NCBI GenBank assembly: GCA_043803105.1
Contig: JAZDKJ010000013.1
Location: 1-64,000, forward strand
Source: Candidatus Woesearchaeota archaeon
Lineage (GTDB): Archaea; Nanobdellota; Nanobdellia; Woesearchaeales; JAZDKJ01
Reading direction: 5' to 3'
DNA: 64,000 nt
Shown here: piece by piece, positions 48,988-60,125 of the stretch
Numbering within the stretch: the first letter of the stretch is position 1
Layout: every line of letters starts with the position of its first letter
Translations under genes and position numbers: made by a program
The notes under the pieces: generated by a model
Told to the model about the DNA's origin: nothing
Seen by the model: the letters and a program-made list of their open reading frames with translations, nothing else
Databases searched by the model: none

Positions 48988-49991
48988 AAGGTCTTTCTAT
49001 CCATCAGATAACCCTCGCGAAGCTGTTGTTGGGTCTTTATATTCATCTGCTTTAGGTCCGAACTGCCTCCTGTGGTGGCTTTATCAGCAAGCTTTTGGAA
49101 AAAAGCAGAAACCAGGGGTTCTGTTGCATTGGGAAAATCAATGATATAGCGTATAAGGCTGTCCCTGAGGCTATCCCTCTGAGTAAAAACAGTCACACTT
49201 CTTTCTAGCTTGTGGATATTCCTGCTATATTTTATACCCATGACGTGGCCAAAGGCAATCTCAAAATCATCAACAGGAGTCTTTGAAGCAGCCATGTGTT
49301 GTATTTCCTTTATAGGGATATTGATCTTTAATTCAGCCTTGTGATTCTCATCGAGTTTTACTGGAAACCCCGCTTCATGCAATTTCCTGATTTTGTCCAA
49401 AATCTTCGATGTCTGATTTGTAGAATATTCTTCCAGTAAGGCGTATAAATTGTTAAAGTATTCTTGCACCTTGATCGCATAAACTTCCTGTAGCTGGGGA
49501 TTTTGCTTAAGCTCGGGAGAAAACAACAATCCATGGGACAGTTTTGGAAAAATGTTCTCTGCCAAGAAGATGACTTCTGCTGGATTAACTGAGTAACAAT
49601 CAGAAATCTTATTTCGCAAATTAATCAAGGTTGGTATACCATAGCATGGTTTGAGCACATCAAATGTCTGCTGAAGAGAGAGGACAGGATGGTTCTTTTC
49701 CCAATTAAGCTTGACAATCTTGTTGGCGAGCCTGTAGGAACACTCAGCCAAATCCAGAGAGGGTCGAGTATTTTCTTCCAGAAGTCCCTGTATGCCAATG
49801 CGGACTCCCTTATCTTGGAGAAAGGCAACCATGTATTGCTGCAAGCCTTTGGCAGACTCGGGCTTGAAAGAAAAACCACCTAATTCTGTGCTATTTGCGG
49901 TTAACTCAATCAGGGTTTCGAGTGATTCGTTGAACTTTGCAATCCGCCTCATCACTTCTTCAGGGGTATTTGGCTTCTTAGGCTTAAGCAT
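48984..49991 (-). CDS. Hypothetical protein
   Basis: 335-aa ORF with no recognised motif; TTTAAA box upstream. Confidence 0.6.
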   Translation of the reverse strand: MLKPKKPNTPEEVMRRIAKFNESLETLIELTANSTELGGFSFKPESAKGLQQYMVAFLQDKGVRIGIQGLLEENTRPSLDLAECSYRLANKIVKLNWEKNHPVLSLQQTFDVLKPCYGIPTLINLRNKISDCYSVNPAEVIFLAENIFPKLSHGLLFSPELKQNPQLQEVYAIKVQEYFNNLYALLEEYSTNQTSKILDKIRKLHEAGFPVKLDENHKAELKINIPIKEIQHMAASKTPVDDFEIAFGHVMGIKYSRNIHKLERSVTVFTQRDSLRDSLIRYIIDFPNATEPLVSAFFQKLADKATTGGSSDLKQMNIKTQQQLREGYLMDRKTF

Positions 49992-50057
49992 AAAGGAGAT
50001 TAATTGCTATTGTTTTTTAAAGCTTATGCCAGAGGTCATGAACAAGAATTATATCGA

Positions 50058-50183
50058 GAAATAAGAATGGCGGACTGCTATCCTGAGTCTTATGAGGCCA
50101 CCTCCAAAAAGAAAGACAAATTTGAAAATCTAAAAATGAGGCTATTGATCCCGAAATAAAAAGGGTGGACAGCTATCCTGGGT
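50058..50183. repeat. 31-bp imperfect direct repeat of the 5S rRNA 3' end and flank (50058-50088 and 50153-50183)
   Basis: gaaataagaatggcggactgctatcctgagt versus gaaataaaaagggtggacagctatcctgggt, 26 of 31 identical. Confidence 0.7.
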
Positions 50184-50279
50184 TCCCGTACAGAAGTACA
50201 GTACAGCCAAGAACGTATGCCTGTTTGACTTCCGAGTTCGAAAAGGGATCGGGTAGGACCAGGCAGCTATGGCCGTCCG
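50166..50279 (-). rRNA. rrf: 5S rRNA, stand-alone
   Basis: Minus strand GGACGGCCATAGC...CCCGATCCCTTTTCGAACTCGGAAGTCAA...GTACTG...GGGAA...GCTGTCC. Helix I pairs; a T-run follows and TTTTTAAA lies upstream. Confidence 0.92.
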
Positions 50280-50356
50280 TTCACAAGGATAATATGGTGG
50301 TTTAAAAAGCTAACGGTTTATTGAACTTTGCACACCCATCCACAACATTACGGAAA

Positions 50357-50920
50357 TTATTTCCAGTAATCTTCTGCTTTTTTGAGAACTCTCTTTAAGA
50401 GCTTTTTTCCTGTCTTAGTCTTAAATTTTGGAACAGTTCTTCCTTTAAAATAATCAAGGTATCTAAGGCAATTTTCCTTATCAAAATTCGGCGTAACTCT
50501 TTCCCAGTCTATTTTGGCTAAACCATCTGCCTCAATGACTAATTGTCTATTGCGCGTGTCTATATTATCTTTGTTATAGTGGCTTCCAATTAAATAAACA
50601 ATTTCTTTCATCTCTTCAGCAGAATATCCTAGTCTCTTCAGTATCCGCTTTGATCTTTCAGCTCCTAGCTCAGCATGGTGCTTCTTAGATTTGATCATAT
50701 CATCAAAATCATAACCTCTCTTCAATTTAGGATATCCAATATCATGCAAATACATTGCTGTAACAAGAATTCTTTCATTGCCACCCTCCTCTTGCATCAG
50801 TTTTCTCATCCAATCTACAGAAAAGATAGTATGTGGAATATCCCAATCTGGTTTTCCATTCTTCAGATATTTAATCGCCTCAGACTTAAGTTTCTCCTCT
50901 GTTTTCTGATCGAGGTTCAT
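50357..50920 (-). CDS. HD-domain phosphohydrolase
   Basis: H...LHDIG...HAELGA...H...EADG; start MNLDQ. Confidence 0.85.
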   Translation of the reverse strand: MNLDQKTEEKLKSEAIKYLKNGKPDWDIPHTIFSVDWMRKLMQEEGGNERILVTAMYLHDIGYPKLKRGYDFDDMIKSKKHHAELGAERSKRILKRLGYSAEEMKEIVYLIGSHYNKDNIDTRNRQLVIEADGLAKIDWERVTPNFDKENCLRYLDYFKGRTVPKFKTKTGKKLLKRVLKKAEDYWK

Positions 50921-51015
50921 ATTGAAATTATAAATGAGACGAGGATTTAAATGTTGGCTTTGGAGACTTGAGGCTGTCTTTGTTCTTCCTGTTAATGGAA
51001 ACAATTATGAAGGAT

Positions 51016-51627
51016 TTACAGGCTCTCAATCTTGAGCAGTTTCTTATTGAGAAGAAAGATCGTGATGACAAGGCAGGCAACAAGGGAACCAATCAAATTG
51101 TAAACCAAATCCCAGGCATTGTTAAAATAGTTTCCTACACCAGTGTACTTGAGAAAGAGCACAGCGGAAAACTCAAGGTTCTCATTCAATGAGCCGATGC
51201 CCAAGCTAATGAACACAAGGAGCACGAGGAGGTAAAGGCGCCTGGAGCGAATAGTATCATGAAGATAAGGGAAGATGAGGTTGAAGGATGCGATTGTCAC
51301 CAGGAAGGCACCAAAGGCATGAACAAGGTTATCGTAATGCAGAAAACCGAAGCTTAAGTCGTAAAGCTTGGTACCATGAACCGAAAAAAGGCCGCCTGCA
51401 AAATGGGCAAATGCAAACAATGCAAAACCCAGGAGAAGGGTTCCAGGAAGCTGCAGGCTGAACCTATACTTTCTTTGGATAACATAAACAAACAATAGCA
51501 AAAGAAGATAGATAAGCGAATAGTAAAGAAACTCGTGATTATGACTTAAGTAGGCAATAATGGCAAAGGCGAGAACATAGAATAGGATAAACCACCTGAC
51601 AAACAACTTCTTAGTCACTTTTGCCAT
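51016..51627 (-). CDS. DUF2238/YjdF-like membrane protein
   Basis: HFAGG, YDNLVH, NENLEF and WDLVYNLIG in a multi-TM protein. Confidence 0.75.
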   Translation of the reverse strand: MAKVTKKLFVRWFILFYVLAFAIIAYLSHNHEFLYYSLIYLLLLLFVYVIQRKYRFSLQLPGTLLLGFALFAFAHFAGGLFSVHGTKLYDLSFGFLHYDNLVHAFGAFLVTIASFNLIFPYLHDTIRSRRLYLLVLLVFISLGIGSLNENLEFSAVLFLKYTGVGNYFNNAWDLVYNLIGSLVACLVITIFLLNKKLLKIESL

Positions 51628-52415
51628 TTGGAAAGGTCCTCAACATTATGGATGTGAAACTCCTTTTCACTGCTAAGATGACCATTCAATAATCCCTTTA
51701 GCGCAAGATTCGGAAATACATCGCGCTCAAGGCTATCGCCTGGCTGATCGAGGAGCTCCTTAGACGCAACAAAAATAGGGGAGAAAACCAGATAGATATC
51801 AGAGGCACGAGGTTTTTGTGTGAATTCAAGGACCTTGGTACCTTCCACCTTTACTGTTCCCTTCTCAGAAGGCCTGTTTGAGGTTGTCAGCATTATCGTG
51901 GTTATGGCATTGTGCTTCAGATGGTCATTCCAGAGCTCATCAACGTTGATCTTGTCAAAGACCACGTCACCGTAGACGACCAAAAAGCTTGAGTTAATCC
52001 TCCCGCGTAGCGCGCGAAGAGATGCAGCAGTGCCGAGAGATTTTTTCTCTTCAACATAATTCACACGAACTCCGTACTCTGTGCCATCCTTGAGAAGATT
52101 AAACACATTTGTGAGGACATCATGGCGCGCCACCACATAGACTGTCTTGAAGCCGTTGTCGCGCATCTTCTTTACAGCTCGCTCGATCACAGAATGGCCT
52201 TTAAGCATAGCAGTTACCCTATAGGAGCCGTCGGACAATCTCAGCAGTCGCTCATCACCACCTGCCAAGACCACACCAGCCTTGTTCTCACCAAGAGAGA
52301 TCCGCACCAGGTGCTCAATTGCCTGGCTCCTGTTCCTGATATATATGTTGTCAATGATAGAATCAATATCTTTTAGGGTCTTCTCATTAATGGTAATGCT
52401 AATCTTGGCCTTCAT
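51615..52415 (-). CDS. Ribbon-helix-helix fused to a degenerate sugar-phosphate nucleotidyltransferase domain
   Basis: KISITI...NRSQAIE (RHH), then VVLAGG, LGTA, VYGD and LERDVFP. Confidence 0.8.
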   Translation of the reverse strand: MKAKISITINEKTLKDIDSIIDNIYIRNRSQAIEHLVRISLGENKAGVVLAGGDERLLRLSDGSYRVTAMLKGHSVIERAVKKMRDNGFKTVYVVARHDVLTNVFNLLKDGTEYGVRVNYVEEKKSLGTAASLRALRGRINSSFLVVYGDVVFDKINVDELWNDHLKHNAITTIMLTTSNRPSEKGTVKVEGTKVLEFTQKPRASDIYLVFSPIFVASKELLDQPGDSLERDVFPNLALKGLLNGHLSSEKEFHIHNVEDLSKWQK

Positions 52416-52516
52416 GAAAATGAGTGAAAAAGCCTAATATATAAACATATCGGATAAAGTAGGATAAGAGTAAGATATTTAAGGAGACAGGCTATCCTTT
52501 GATGAAGGTGATACAG

Positions 52517-53791
52517 ATGAACATAAGCATATCAGGAACTGGCTATGTGGGACTGATACAGGGAGTAGGGCTTGCAAAGCTGGGGAACAAGGTGATGTGC
52601 GTTGACATCAACAAGGAAAAGGTTGACGCGATCAATAACAAGAAAGCACCCATATATGAAAAAGGATTATCTGAGCTCATAACAAAACTGGTTCCAAAAC
52701 AGTTGACTGCTACCACAAACCTGAAAAAGGCAGTCATGGAAAGCCAGGTAACATTCATCTGCGTAGGAACTCCATCATCAGTGCACGGAGAGATAAGGCT
52801 GCACGAAATGGAGAGAATATGCACAGACATAGGCAAAATTCTCAGGCAGAAAAAACAACCGCATGTGATAGTCGTCAAAAGCACTGTTGTACCGGGCACA
52901 TGCGAGAAGGTAGTGATTCCAACACTGGAGAGGGCATCGAAAAAGAAATTTGGAAAGGACTTTGGTGTGGTTATGAATCCTGAATTCCTAAGGGAGGGGT
53001 CTGCAATCGAGGACTTTTTTCACCCGGACAGGATAGTGCTCGGAAGCTCTGACCAGAAAGCGATCAACACAATCAAGAACCTCTACAAGTGGTTCAAGTG
53101 CCCAGTGCTCGAAACACGTTTTGGGGAAGCAGAGATGATCAAGTACGCCTCGAATTCGCTTCTGGCAACCAAGATATCATTCATAAATGAGGTAGGCAAC
53201 ATATGCAAGCGGCTTGGAATAGACACGAACCAGGTTGCTGTAGGGGTGGGGTTGGATTATAGAATAGGCCCTCACTTCCTTAGGTCAGGGATAGGATTTG
53301 GGGGAAGTTGCTTTCCAAAGGATGTAGCAGCATTAGTGCACAAGTCGCTGGAGTTGGGATATCACCCACGAATAATGAGAGCAGCGCTCGATGTCAATAG
53401 GGACCAACCCTTAACGTTCCTAGAGCTTGTGGAAGAAACACTAGGCACTATCAAAGGGAAAAAAATAGCACTGCTTGGATTGACTTTCAAGGCTGAGACA
53501 GACGATGTACGGGAGAGCCCGTCCCTAACCATAATCAAGGAGCTAATACTGCACCAGGCAGAGCTGTTCCTTTATGACCCAATGGGAATGCCTGCTGTAA
53601 AAACACTTTTCCCTCACTTAAACTATGCAGAAAGCGCACAAGAGGCAGTAAACAAGGCAGAGGTCATATGCATCCTGACAGAATGGCCTGAATTCTCCAA
53701 GGTAAACTATGGGACCAAACAGGTAATCGATGGGAAAAATGTCTTTGAGAAAGCCAAAAGGCCGAAGAACTATCAAGGAATCTGCTGGTGA
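52517..53791 (+). CDS. ugd: UDP-glucose/GDP-mannose dehydrogenase
   Basis: GTGYVG, CVGTP, KSTV, NPEFLREG, GFGGSCFPKD and DDVRESP. Confidence 0.93.
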   Translation: MNISISGTGYVGLIQGVGLAKLGNKVMCVDINKEKVDAINNKKAPIYEKGLSELITKLVPKQLTATTNLKKAVMESQVTFICVGTPSSVHGEIRLHEMERICTDIGKILRQKKQPHVIVVKSTVVPGTCEKVVIPTLERASKKKFGKDFGVVMNPEFLREGSAIEDFFHPDRIVLGSSDQKAINTIKNLYKWFKCPVLETRFGEAEMIKYASNSLLATKISFINEVGNICKRLGIDTNQVAVGVGLDYRIGPHFLRSGIGFGGSCFPKDVAALVHKSLELGYHPRIMRAALDVNRDQPLTFLELVEETLGTIKGKKIALLGLTFKAETDDVRESPSLTIIKELILHQAELFLYDPMGMPAVKTLFPHLNYAESAQEAVNKAEVICILTEWPEFSKVNYGTKQVIDGKNVFEKAKRPKNYQGICW

Positions 53792-55179
53792 ACATGCTCG
53801 ACCTTAATTCATTAGAGAGCTACAAGGAGACAGTACTTACAGAACTAGAAAGACAACTCAAAGCATACTTCGGAAGCATAGAAAACCTCTCGATTGAGGA
53901 GATAAGGAAGAAAGTAGTCGAGATAAACACCTACCAAAATATTGGACACCTGAGGAACGCGGAAAACATCAAGGTGCTTGATGACAAGAACACAAGCGAA
54001 GCAGAAAAAACCATATTAGCAGGAAGGTTTTTCACAGAACACACAGCTGCAGGAGAAGCGACAAGGCTAGGCCTCGGCACAAAATACCTGCTAAAACTAA
54101 ATGAATTCAGCATGCAAAAGATAAGAGCGCTCATCATCAATGAATACCTTGATAACAAACCTGGGAAAAGTGAGGAAGAAGCAGAACTGCAAGCACAAAG
54201 GCTTATGGAACTAATTGACTTTGAGCCAAACGAACTTGAAGCCATGACTTTAGGCGAGAGGCACATGACCCAGATGGCCTTTGACTTGGTAAAACTCGCA
54301 AAAAAACACGGAAAGCCAGCTGCAGAAGTGCTAGCAAGGCAGAAAATTCTTATGGTGTTAAACGAACAAACTGCAAAAGAGATACTAGATAAATTTGAAA
54401 ATCATAATTACTATGGCTTTCTCAACAAGAATGTCCATTTCATGATCCAGCAAAGCTTCCACGGGATATCAATACAGCAAGGAAAGTTGTCTTATGATGA
54501 GGCAAGCCCAAAAAGATTACACAACCACGGGCAAATGCTGATGCAAAAATGTCATGAAGGCAGCATTTTCGTGCACGGAGAAGAAACAAGGGCTTTAACA
54601 TTCAAGGAATACCTGAAAATGCTGCAAGAGATGGAGGATATGCTCTCTTACAATATTGAAGACATTGGTTATCTTGAGAATTCGATTGACCTTGCAAGCC
54701 TGCAAGCCAGCCTTGACCTTGGAAGGCTAGGCTACAACATGGTAATGGAGGTTGTAGCACAAAACCCATACAAACCGCAAAAAGGAGGGGCATGTTTTTT
54801 TGATGTCAAGCTAGGAAAAACAGTGATGGTGGAAACCAACAGGTTGGGGGATATCAAGTACGAGGACATAAAATATCTAAACAAGAACTTCAACCATTAT
54901 CCTAATCCAGCAAACTCTATCTTAGAATTGAAGAAGCAGGGTATTGACCTTCCATTTGAAATCAAAGGACAGCCTAACAACGAATACATCTACCCCTGTC
55001 CAATACAAGGGGACCTCAACTTCAAAGTCAAAACTGCATTTGTCATGAGAAAGACACTGAAACCAATAGCTAACTTTAAAAGCCCCGCAACCCTACCAGC
55101 AACCATGAAAGCAATGCAGATGCAGGACAACCAAGATGGGTTCCTTGATTTTCGGGACAGGTTGAGAGAGGGATTATGA
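53788..55179 (+). CDS. UDPGP-family (eukaryote-type fold) UTP-sugar-1-phosphate uridylyltransferase-like protein
   Basis: AAGEATRLG...K, Q, HNHG, N.ED, KGG, VE and N.N occur in the UDPGP motif order; the gene lies between ugd and uxs. Confidence 0.6.
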   Translation: MNMLDLNSLESYKETVLTELERQLKAYFGSIENLSIEEIRKKVVEINTYQNIGHLRNAENIKVLDDKNTSEAEKTILAGRFFTEHTAAGEATRLGLGTKYLLKLNEFSMQKIRALIINEYLDNKPGKSEEEAELQAQRLMELIDFEPNELEAMTLGERHMTQMAFDLVKLAKKHGKPAAEVLARQKILMVLNEQTAKEILDKFENHNYYGFLNKNVHFMIQQSFHGISIQQGKLSYDEASPKRLHNHGQMLMQKCHEGSIFVHGEETRALTFKEYLKMLQEMEDMLSYNIEDIGYLENSIDLASLQASLDLGRLGYNMVMEVVAQNPYKPQKGGACFFDVKLGKTVMVETNRLGDIKYEDIKYLNKNFNHYPNPANSILELKKQGIDLPFEIKGQPNNEYIYPCPIQGDLNFKVKTAFVMRKTLKPIANFKSPATLPATMKAMQMQDNQDGFLDFRDRLREGL

Positions 55180-56126
55180 AAGGCTGCGTGCTAATAACTG
55201 GCGGAGCAGGATTTCTGGGAAGCCATCTATGCGAACTAATGCTAAAAAAAGGGTATGAAGTAATATGCATGGACAACCTAATAACAGGAACACTCAAAAA
55301 CATTGAGGGCTTCAAAAGCAACAAGAATTTCAGCTTTGTCAAACATGATGTTACTGAACACATCACTGTTGAAGGCGAAATTGAATACATCATGCATTTT
55401 GCCAGTCCTGCCTCGCCGATAGACTACCTGCAAATACCCATACAAACGCTGAAGGCTAATGCACTGGGGACACACAATGCGCTGGGGCTTGCCAAGGCAA
55501 AAAAAGCAAGGTTCCTCTTAGCATCAACCTCAGAGGTTTATGGAGACCCGCAAGTGCATCCACAACCAGAGAGCTATTGGGGGCATGTGAATCCAGTTGG
55601 GCCAAGAGGGTCCTACGATGAGAGCAAAAGATTCGCAGAGGCGCTAACGATGGCCTACCATAGGATACACAAGGTGGATACCCGAATAGTCAGGATATTC
55701 AATACTTACGGACCACGAATGAGGCCAAATGACGGCAGGGCGATTCCAGCATTTATCAGCCAGGCCTTAAACAACGAACCCTTGACAGTATTTGGCGACG
55801 GACAACAGACCAGAAGCTTCTGCTTTGTGAGCGACCTCTTAGATGGCATTTTTAAGCTGCTGATGTCTGAGATAACAGATCCAGTCAACATTGGCAATCC
55901 TACTGAGATGACCTTAATTGAACTAGCAAAAAAAATAATAGAGCTAGCCAGGAGCAAGAGCACGATAATCCACAAAAGTCTCCCGGTCGATGACCCAAGG
56001 GTGAGGCAGCCTGACATTACAAAGGCAAGAAAAGAGCTTGGCTGGGAGCCCAAGGTAAGCATAGAAGAAGGGCTGAAGATAACCTTGGACTATTTCAAGA
56101 ATCTGAACAAACAGAATATTTTATAA
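55176..56126 (+). CDS. uxs: UDP-glucuronate decarboxylase (UDP-xylose synthase)
   Basis: [32 protein letters not shown] and [10 protein letters not shown]. Confidence 0.92.
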   Translation: MKGCVLITGGAGFLGSHLCELMLKKGYEVICMDNLITGTLKNIEGFKSNKNFSFVKHDVTEHITVEGEIEYIMHFASPASPIDYLQIPIQTLKANALGTHNALGLAKAKKARFLLASTSEVYGDPQVHPQPESYWGHVNPVGPRGSYDESKRFAEALTMAYHRIHKVDTRIVRIFNTYGPRMRPNDGRAIPAFISQALNNEPLTVFGDGQQTRSFCFVSDLLDGIFKLLMSEITDPVNIGNPTEMTLIELAKKIIELARSKSTIIHKSLPVDDPRVRQPDITKARKELGWEPKVSIEEGLKITLDYFKNLNKQNIL

Positions 56127-56150
56127 ATTCTTGGCAAGTCTTAAACAAGC

Positions 56151-57590
56151 ATGGACAATGCGAAGTCACTAGGCAGGGGGGCTCTCTACAATTTTGCTGC
56201 AAGAGCTGTACTTGTTCTTACAGGATATGCGACAGCAGCAGTGCTTGCAAGAAAACTAGGTCCTGAGCAATATGGCATATATGGGGTTGTCACTTCACTT
56301 GTTTTTGTTGTCACAGTTGTATTAATGACAGGGATAGAACAGACAACATCAAAATTCATATCAGAAAAGCCAAAGGACGCAAAGGCAATAAGTTATCAAA
56401 TGCTAAAGCTCCAGATAGGCATAGGAGTTGCGGCAACAATTGCTTACTTCCTGCTCTCAGAACCATTGGCAACAGTCCTAAATGATAAGAGTCTTGTGCC
56501 ATACATCAGGTATACATCATTGCTGATTATTTTCCAATCACTCTTTTCAGTCTTCACAGGATATTTGAACGGGCTTAAAAAATTCAAGCAGCAATCGTTG
56601 CTTAACATCAGCTATTCTGTGATAAAGGCAATACTTGTAATAGGTTTTGTGCTGGCTGGGTACTCAGTAGTTGGTGCTTTGGCCGGATTCGTACTTTCTA
56701 CAGCCATAGGATTAGGCATCTCGTTTCTTCTTTTCTCACCTGGGAGACATGAGCCAGTAACAACAAACAAGAAAATACTTGGATTTGGAGTGCCGATAGT
56801 GCTTTTCAGCAGCATAACAATACTACTGATGAACATAGACCTATTCTTTGTCAAGGCACTAAGCCAGGCAAGCCTCGCAAACAGGCTGTCAGGGCTTTAC
56901 ACAGCTGCGCTACTTCTCTCGAGAGGGCCGTATTACATCGTTACTGCGATAACGATCACAATATTCCCATTGATATCAGAGTTTGCGTACAGAAAAAAAC
57001 AAAAAGAATTGGAGAACTACACCAAGAAATCTCTTGATTACTTACTAATCGCAATAACTTTCATTGTTTTTATAGTTGCCTCAACATCATCAGATGTCAT
57101 AAGACTGATTTATGGAACTGATTATACAACAGCAGGCCCGGCATTAACAATATTGAGCTTTGGGGGAGGGCTTTTTGCAGTATTCCTGTTGTTGGCAACA
57201 ATAATCTCCGCAAGCGGAAGACCTAAACACTCATTCCTAATAGGGGCAGGATGCCTGGCAGTAGATTTTGCGCTTAACATGGTGCTTGTGCCAAGATACC
57301 AATTGGTTGGGGCTGCGATAGCAAACACAACATCAATGCTCATAGCAGTTATAGCCGGAATCTACTACATCAAGAAAAAATTTGGAATAGCTGTAATAAG
57401 CAGGAGGTCAATATTAACAATAATAACTGGGATAATAATCATGGGACTATCAATAGTACTGCCTTTTAGCGGGATTTTACTCATTCTGAAGTATACCTTC
57501 CTTGGAATTCTCTATGCAGGAATCCTGTATGCCCTGAAAATATTGGATTCAAGAGACCTTGCCTTTGCCAAAAGAATCATCAAAAACTGA
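56151..57590 (+). CDS. Oligosaccharide flippase (MOP/Wzx family)
   Basis: About 14 TM helices; LARKLGPEQYG and LN..LVPRY...GAA.A. Confidence 0.9.
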   Translation: MDNAKSLGRGALYNFAARAVLVLTGYATAAVLARKLGPEQYGIYGVVTSLVFVVTVVLMTGIEQTTSKFISEKPKDAKAISYQMLKLQIGIGVAATIAYFLLSEPLATVLNDKSLVPYIRYTSLLIIFQSLFSVFTGYLNGLKKFKQQSLLNISYSVIKAILVIGFVLAGYSVVGALAGFVLSTAIGLGISFLLFSPGRHEPVTTNKKILGFGVPIVLFSSITILLMNIDLFFVKALSQASLANRLSGLYTAALLLSRGPYYIVTAITITIFPLISEFAYRKKQKELENYTKKSLDYLLIAITFIVFIVASTSSDVIRLIYGTDYTTAGPALTILSFGGGLFAVFLLLATIISASGRPKHSFLIGAGCLAVDFALNMVLVPRYQLVGAAIANTTSMLIAVIAGIYYIKKKFGIAVISRRSILTIITGIIIMGLSIVLPFSGILLILKYTFLGILYAGILYALKILDSRDLAFAKRIIKN

Positions 57591-58613
57591 ATCTATAACC
57601 TTTTCAGCCTGCTGCCTATCAAGGTTAAGTTTTTCTAAGATGGTATACCTATCAGGCCTTGTCTTTGGAGCATAAAGCAATGCCTTAACCAGCTCATCAC
57701 GCGAAAAACCAAGTTCAGAGTAATGTGATGCAGCACCTATCCTTTGGTACAAAGACCTAAAGGTGGAAAGATCCAAGCTATGAAGCTTTGCAGAAACAAA
57801 AATGCCAATACCGACCTGCTCGCCGTGCAGTGCGCGATTGGGATACAAAAAATCAAGTGAGTGACTTATCTCATGCTCAGCACCGCTGCATGGACGGCTT
57901 GAGCCAGCAATAGCCATTGCAACACCGCTAAGGACAAGGCCTCCGACAAGCTTTTCAAAAAACTCATCAGACAAAAACTCATGCTTGGTTGTATGAAGAA
58001 AATAATCTGCATAAATAGTTGAAAGGGAGGCAGCAATGCTGTCAAAAGTATCCTTGCCATCGTTAAATGCGAGCTTCCAATCCAGGACAGCAGTTATGTT
58101 TGACAAAAGGTCACATAGCCCAGCGCGAATGTGCCTCAATGGAGCTTTACTTATGATGTCAAGGTCAGCTATCAAACCAATGGGCATCTTTGCAGTGAGA
58201 CTTTGCGAATGACCCTTGTCCATAATCACTGCAATGGGGGAGCAAATACCGTCATGTGCCGGCGAGGTGGGAAAACTCACAAAATCAACTGAAGAGCGTG
58301 CAGAAGCAAATTTTCCAACGTCGATAACGCGACCGCCACCCACTCCAATCACAAGGTCAATTGATAGTTCAGAAATCATTCCAGAGACCATATCAACTGT
58401 TGCCCTAGAATTGTCTGGTACCATGAAATCATAGGCACTGTCAAACTGAAGAGCAATTTCTTTTCCAGCAATCTTGAATGTGGTAGGGTCAGAAAGAACA
58501 AGAACATTTTCAAAGTGAAGATTATTAGTTGTGATGATTTCGGCAACCCGGGCTTTCAGGCCGTGGCCGACCAAAAAAAACCGCGGTATATTAACACTGC
58601 GCATGACTATCAC
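57549..58613 (-). CDS. Glycerol-phosphate dehydrogenase, EgsA/Gtp1 family
   Basis: GVGGGRVIDVGK, PTSPAHDGICS, SRPCSGAEH and HGEQV. Confidence 0.85.
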   Translation of the reverse strand: MIVMRSVNIPRFFLVGHGLKARVAEIITTNNLHFENVLVLSDPTTFKIAGKEIALQFDSAYDFMVPDNSRATVDMVSGMISELSIDLVIGVGGGRVIDVGKFASARSSVDFVSFPTSPAHDGICSPIAVIMDKGHSQSLTAKMPIGLIADLDIISKAPLRHIRAGLCDLLSNITAVLDWKLAFNDGKDTFDSIAASLSTIYADYFLHTTKHEFLSDEFFEKLVGGLVLSGVAMAIAGSSRPCSGAEHEISHSLDFLYPNRALHGEQVGIGIFVSAKLHSLDLSTFRSLYQRIGAASHYSELGFSRDELVKALLYAPKTRPDRYTILEKLNLDRQQAEKVIDSVFDDSFGKGKVS

Positions 58614-60109
58614 AGATGCGAGACCAGCTCACCAATCTCTCTTACTATCATGTCAGCCCTAATCTCTGATGACTCGTAATCAATCCTGCTTGTCTCACCA
58701 GTCTCTACGAGAACTGAGAGCATCTTTGAATTCTCTGCAAGCTTGATGTCAGTGTACAGCCGGTCACCAATGACCACAGCATCGGAAAAACTGAGATTAT
58801 GAGACTTCAGGACAGGCTCAATAAAGGACTTATCAGGCTTGCCAAAGGTCTTGTCAGGAAGCCTTTTGGTTGTCAGCTCGATGAGCTTTATGAAAGCACC
58901 TATATCAGGGACTAGGCCTTCATCTGTTGGACACACGATGTCGATATGGGTGGCATAATATGGAAGCCCCTTGGCCACCAGAATGCAAAAAAGTTTCAAT
59001 TGATCATAAGTTAATTCGGTGCTCCAGCAAAGCACCAGGGCTTCAGGGCCTTTTGCAGTCACATCAAAACCCTGCGCCTTGAAATGGTCTTCTACACTAC
59101 TGTTTGCAATAAGAAAAATCCCCTTCACCCCAGTTCCCTTAAGAAAACTGATCAGGCTGTCAGAGGAGACAAGAACCTGGTCTTGTGTTATGGGAAGCCC
59201 AATATCCTGGAAACGCTTGGCATGCTCTGCTGCAGTCTTCGAAGAATTGTTTGTCATCACGTAAAAACTCTTGCCAGATTGCACGAGCTTTTCCAAAAAT
59301 TCTTTGCTGCCCCTGATTGGCTTTTTTCCCAGAAGCAGAGTGCCGTCACCATCAATGAAAAAAATCTTCCTATCCTTCAACTCAGCGAAGTGCTCATTAA
59401 AGGCAGACTCTGCCTGCCGAAGGTCATCAAAATTATCGATCTCAACCCATTTTTCCTTGCCTATGGCACATGGAAAGGAAATGAGCTCATGGCGCTTGAA
59501 AAGATTCTGAAGCATGACCTCAGTCCACTGATTTCTGTCTTTTTGAACCTCGATGATCTTGTGGAGCTCATTTTTTATTACGGCGAGATCATTGACCAAA
59601 AACTTGTAGACATCGATAGAGCAGCCAAAGGCATCTTGCTTTGGGATCTTCTTTGAGATGTCCACAATGTGGTTATTGGTGTCTACCATCACCTTCATGG
59701 ACTCATCAATGTAATTGCCAACATCAACAGCAATGCACGATTTCTTTTCCAAGAGCATAGCTGAGATAATCTGTGGAGAGAAAACAACATCACCATTCAT
59801 CAGAAAGATGTCCTGGTCAAGATAATCCTTGGCCAGATAAAGGGAATACATATTATTGGTAGAGGCATAATCCTTGTTCTCCACAAAAGTCAAACGCAAA
59901 CCAGGATGATTTTTTATGCAATAGGATTCAATTTTGGCTGAATTAAAGCCAGTGCAGATGACAATGTCTTTGATATTGTTGGATTCAAGGCTTCTTAGGA
60001 TGTAGTACAGGATTGGTCTTCCGTTTACCTCGACCAAGGCTTTGGGCTTCTCAAGAGTAAGGGGCTTAAGCCTAGAGCCAACCCCAGCAGCCAAAACAAT
60101 TGCCCTCAA
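58610..60109 (-). CDS. LicC-like cytidylyltransferase fused to a HAD IIA (NagD-like) phosphatase
   Basis: LAAGVGSRL...PK, TNNMYSL and WVEIDN..D, then DGDGTL, TNNS, GKP and IGDRLYTDI. Confidence 0.88.
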   Translation of the reverse strand: MRAIVLAAGVGSRLKPLTLEKPKALVEVNGRPILYYILRSLESNNIKDIVICTGFNSAKIESYCIKNHPGLRLTFVENKDYASTNNMYSLYLAKDYLDQDIFLMNGDVVFSPQIISAMLLEKKSCIAVDVGNYIDESMKVMVDTNNHIVDISKKIPKQDAFGCSIDVYKFLVNDLAVIKNELHKIIEVQKDRNQWTEVMLQNLFKRHELISFPCAIGKEKWVEIDNFDDLRQAESAFNEHFAELKDRKIFFIDGDGTLLLGKKPIRGSKEFLEKLVQSGKSFYVMTNNSSKTAAEHAKRFQDIGLPITQDQVLVSSDSLISFLKGTGVKGIFLIANSSVEDHFKAQGFDVTAKGPEALVLCWSTELTYDQLKLFCILVAKGLPYYATHIDIVCPTDEGLVPDIGAFIKLIELTTKRLPDKTFGKPDKSFIEPVLKSHNLSFSDAVVIGDRLYTDIKLAENSKMLSVLVETGETSRIDYESSEIRADMIVREIGELVSHL

Positions 60110-60125
60110 CTTGTCACCCCAAAAT

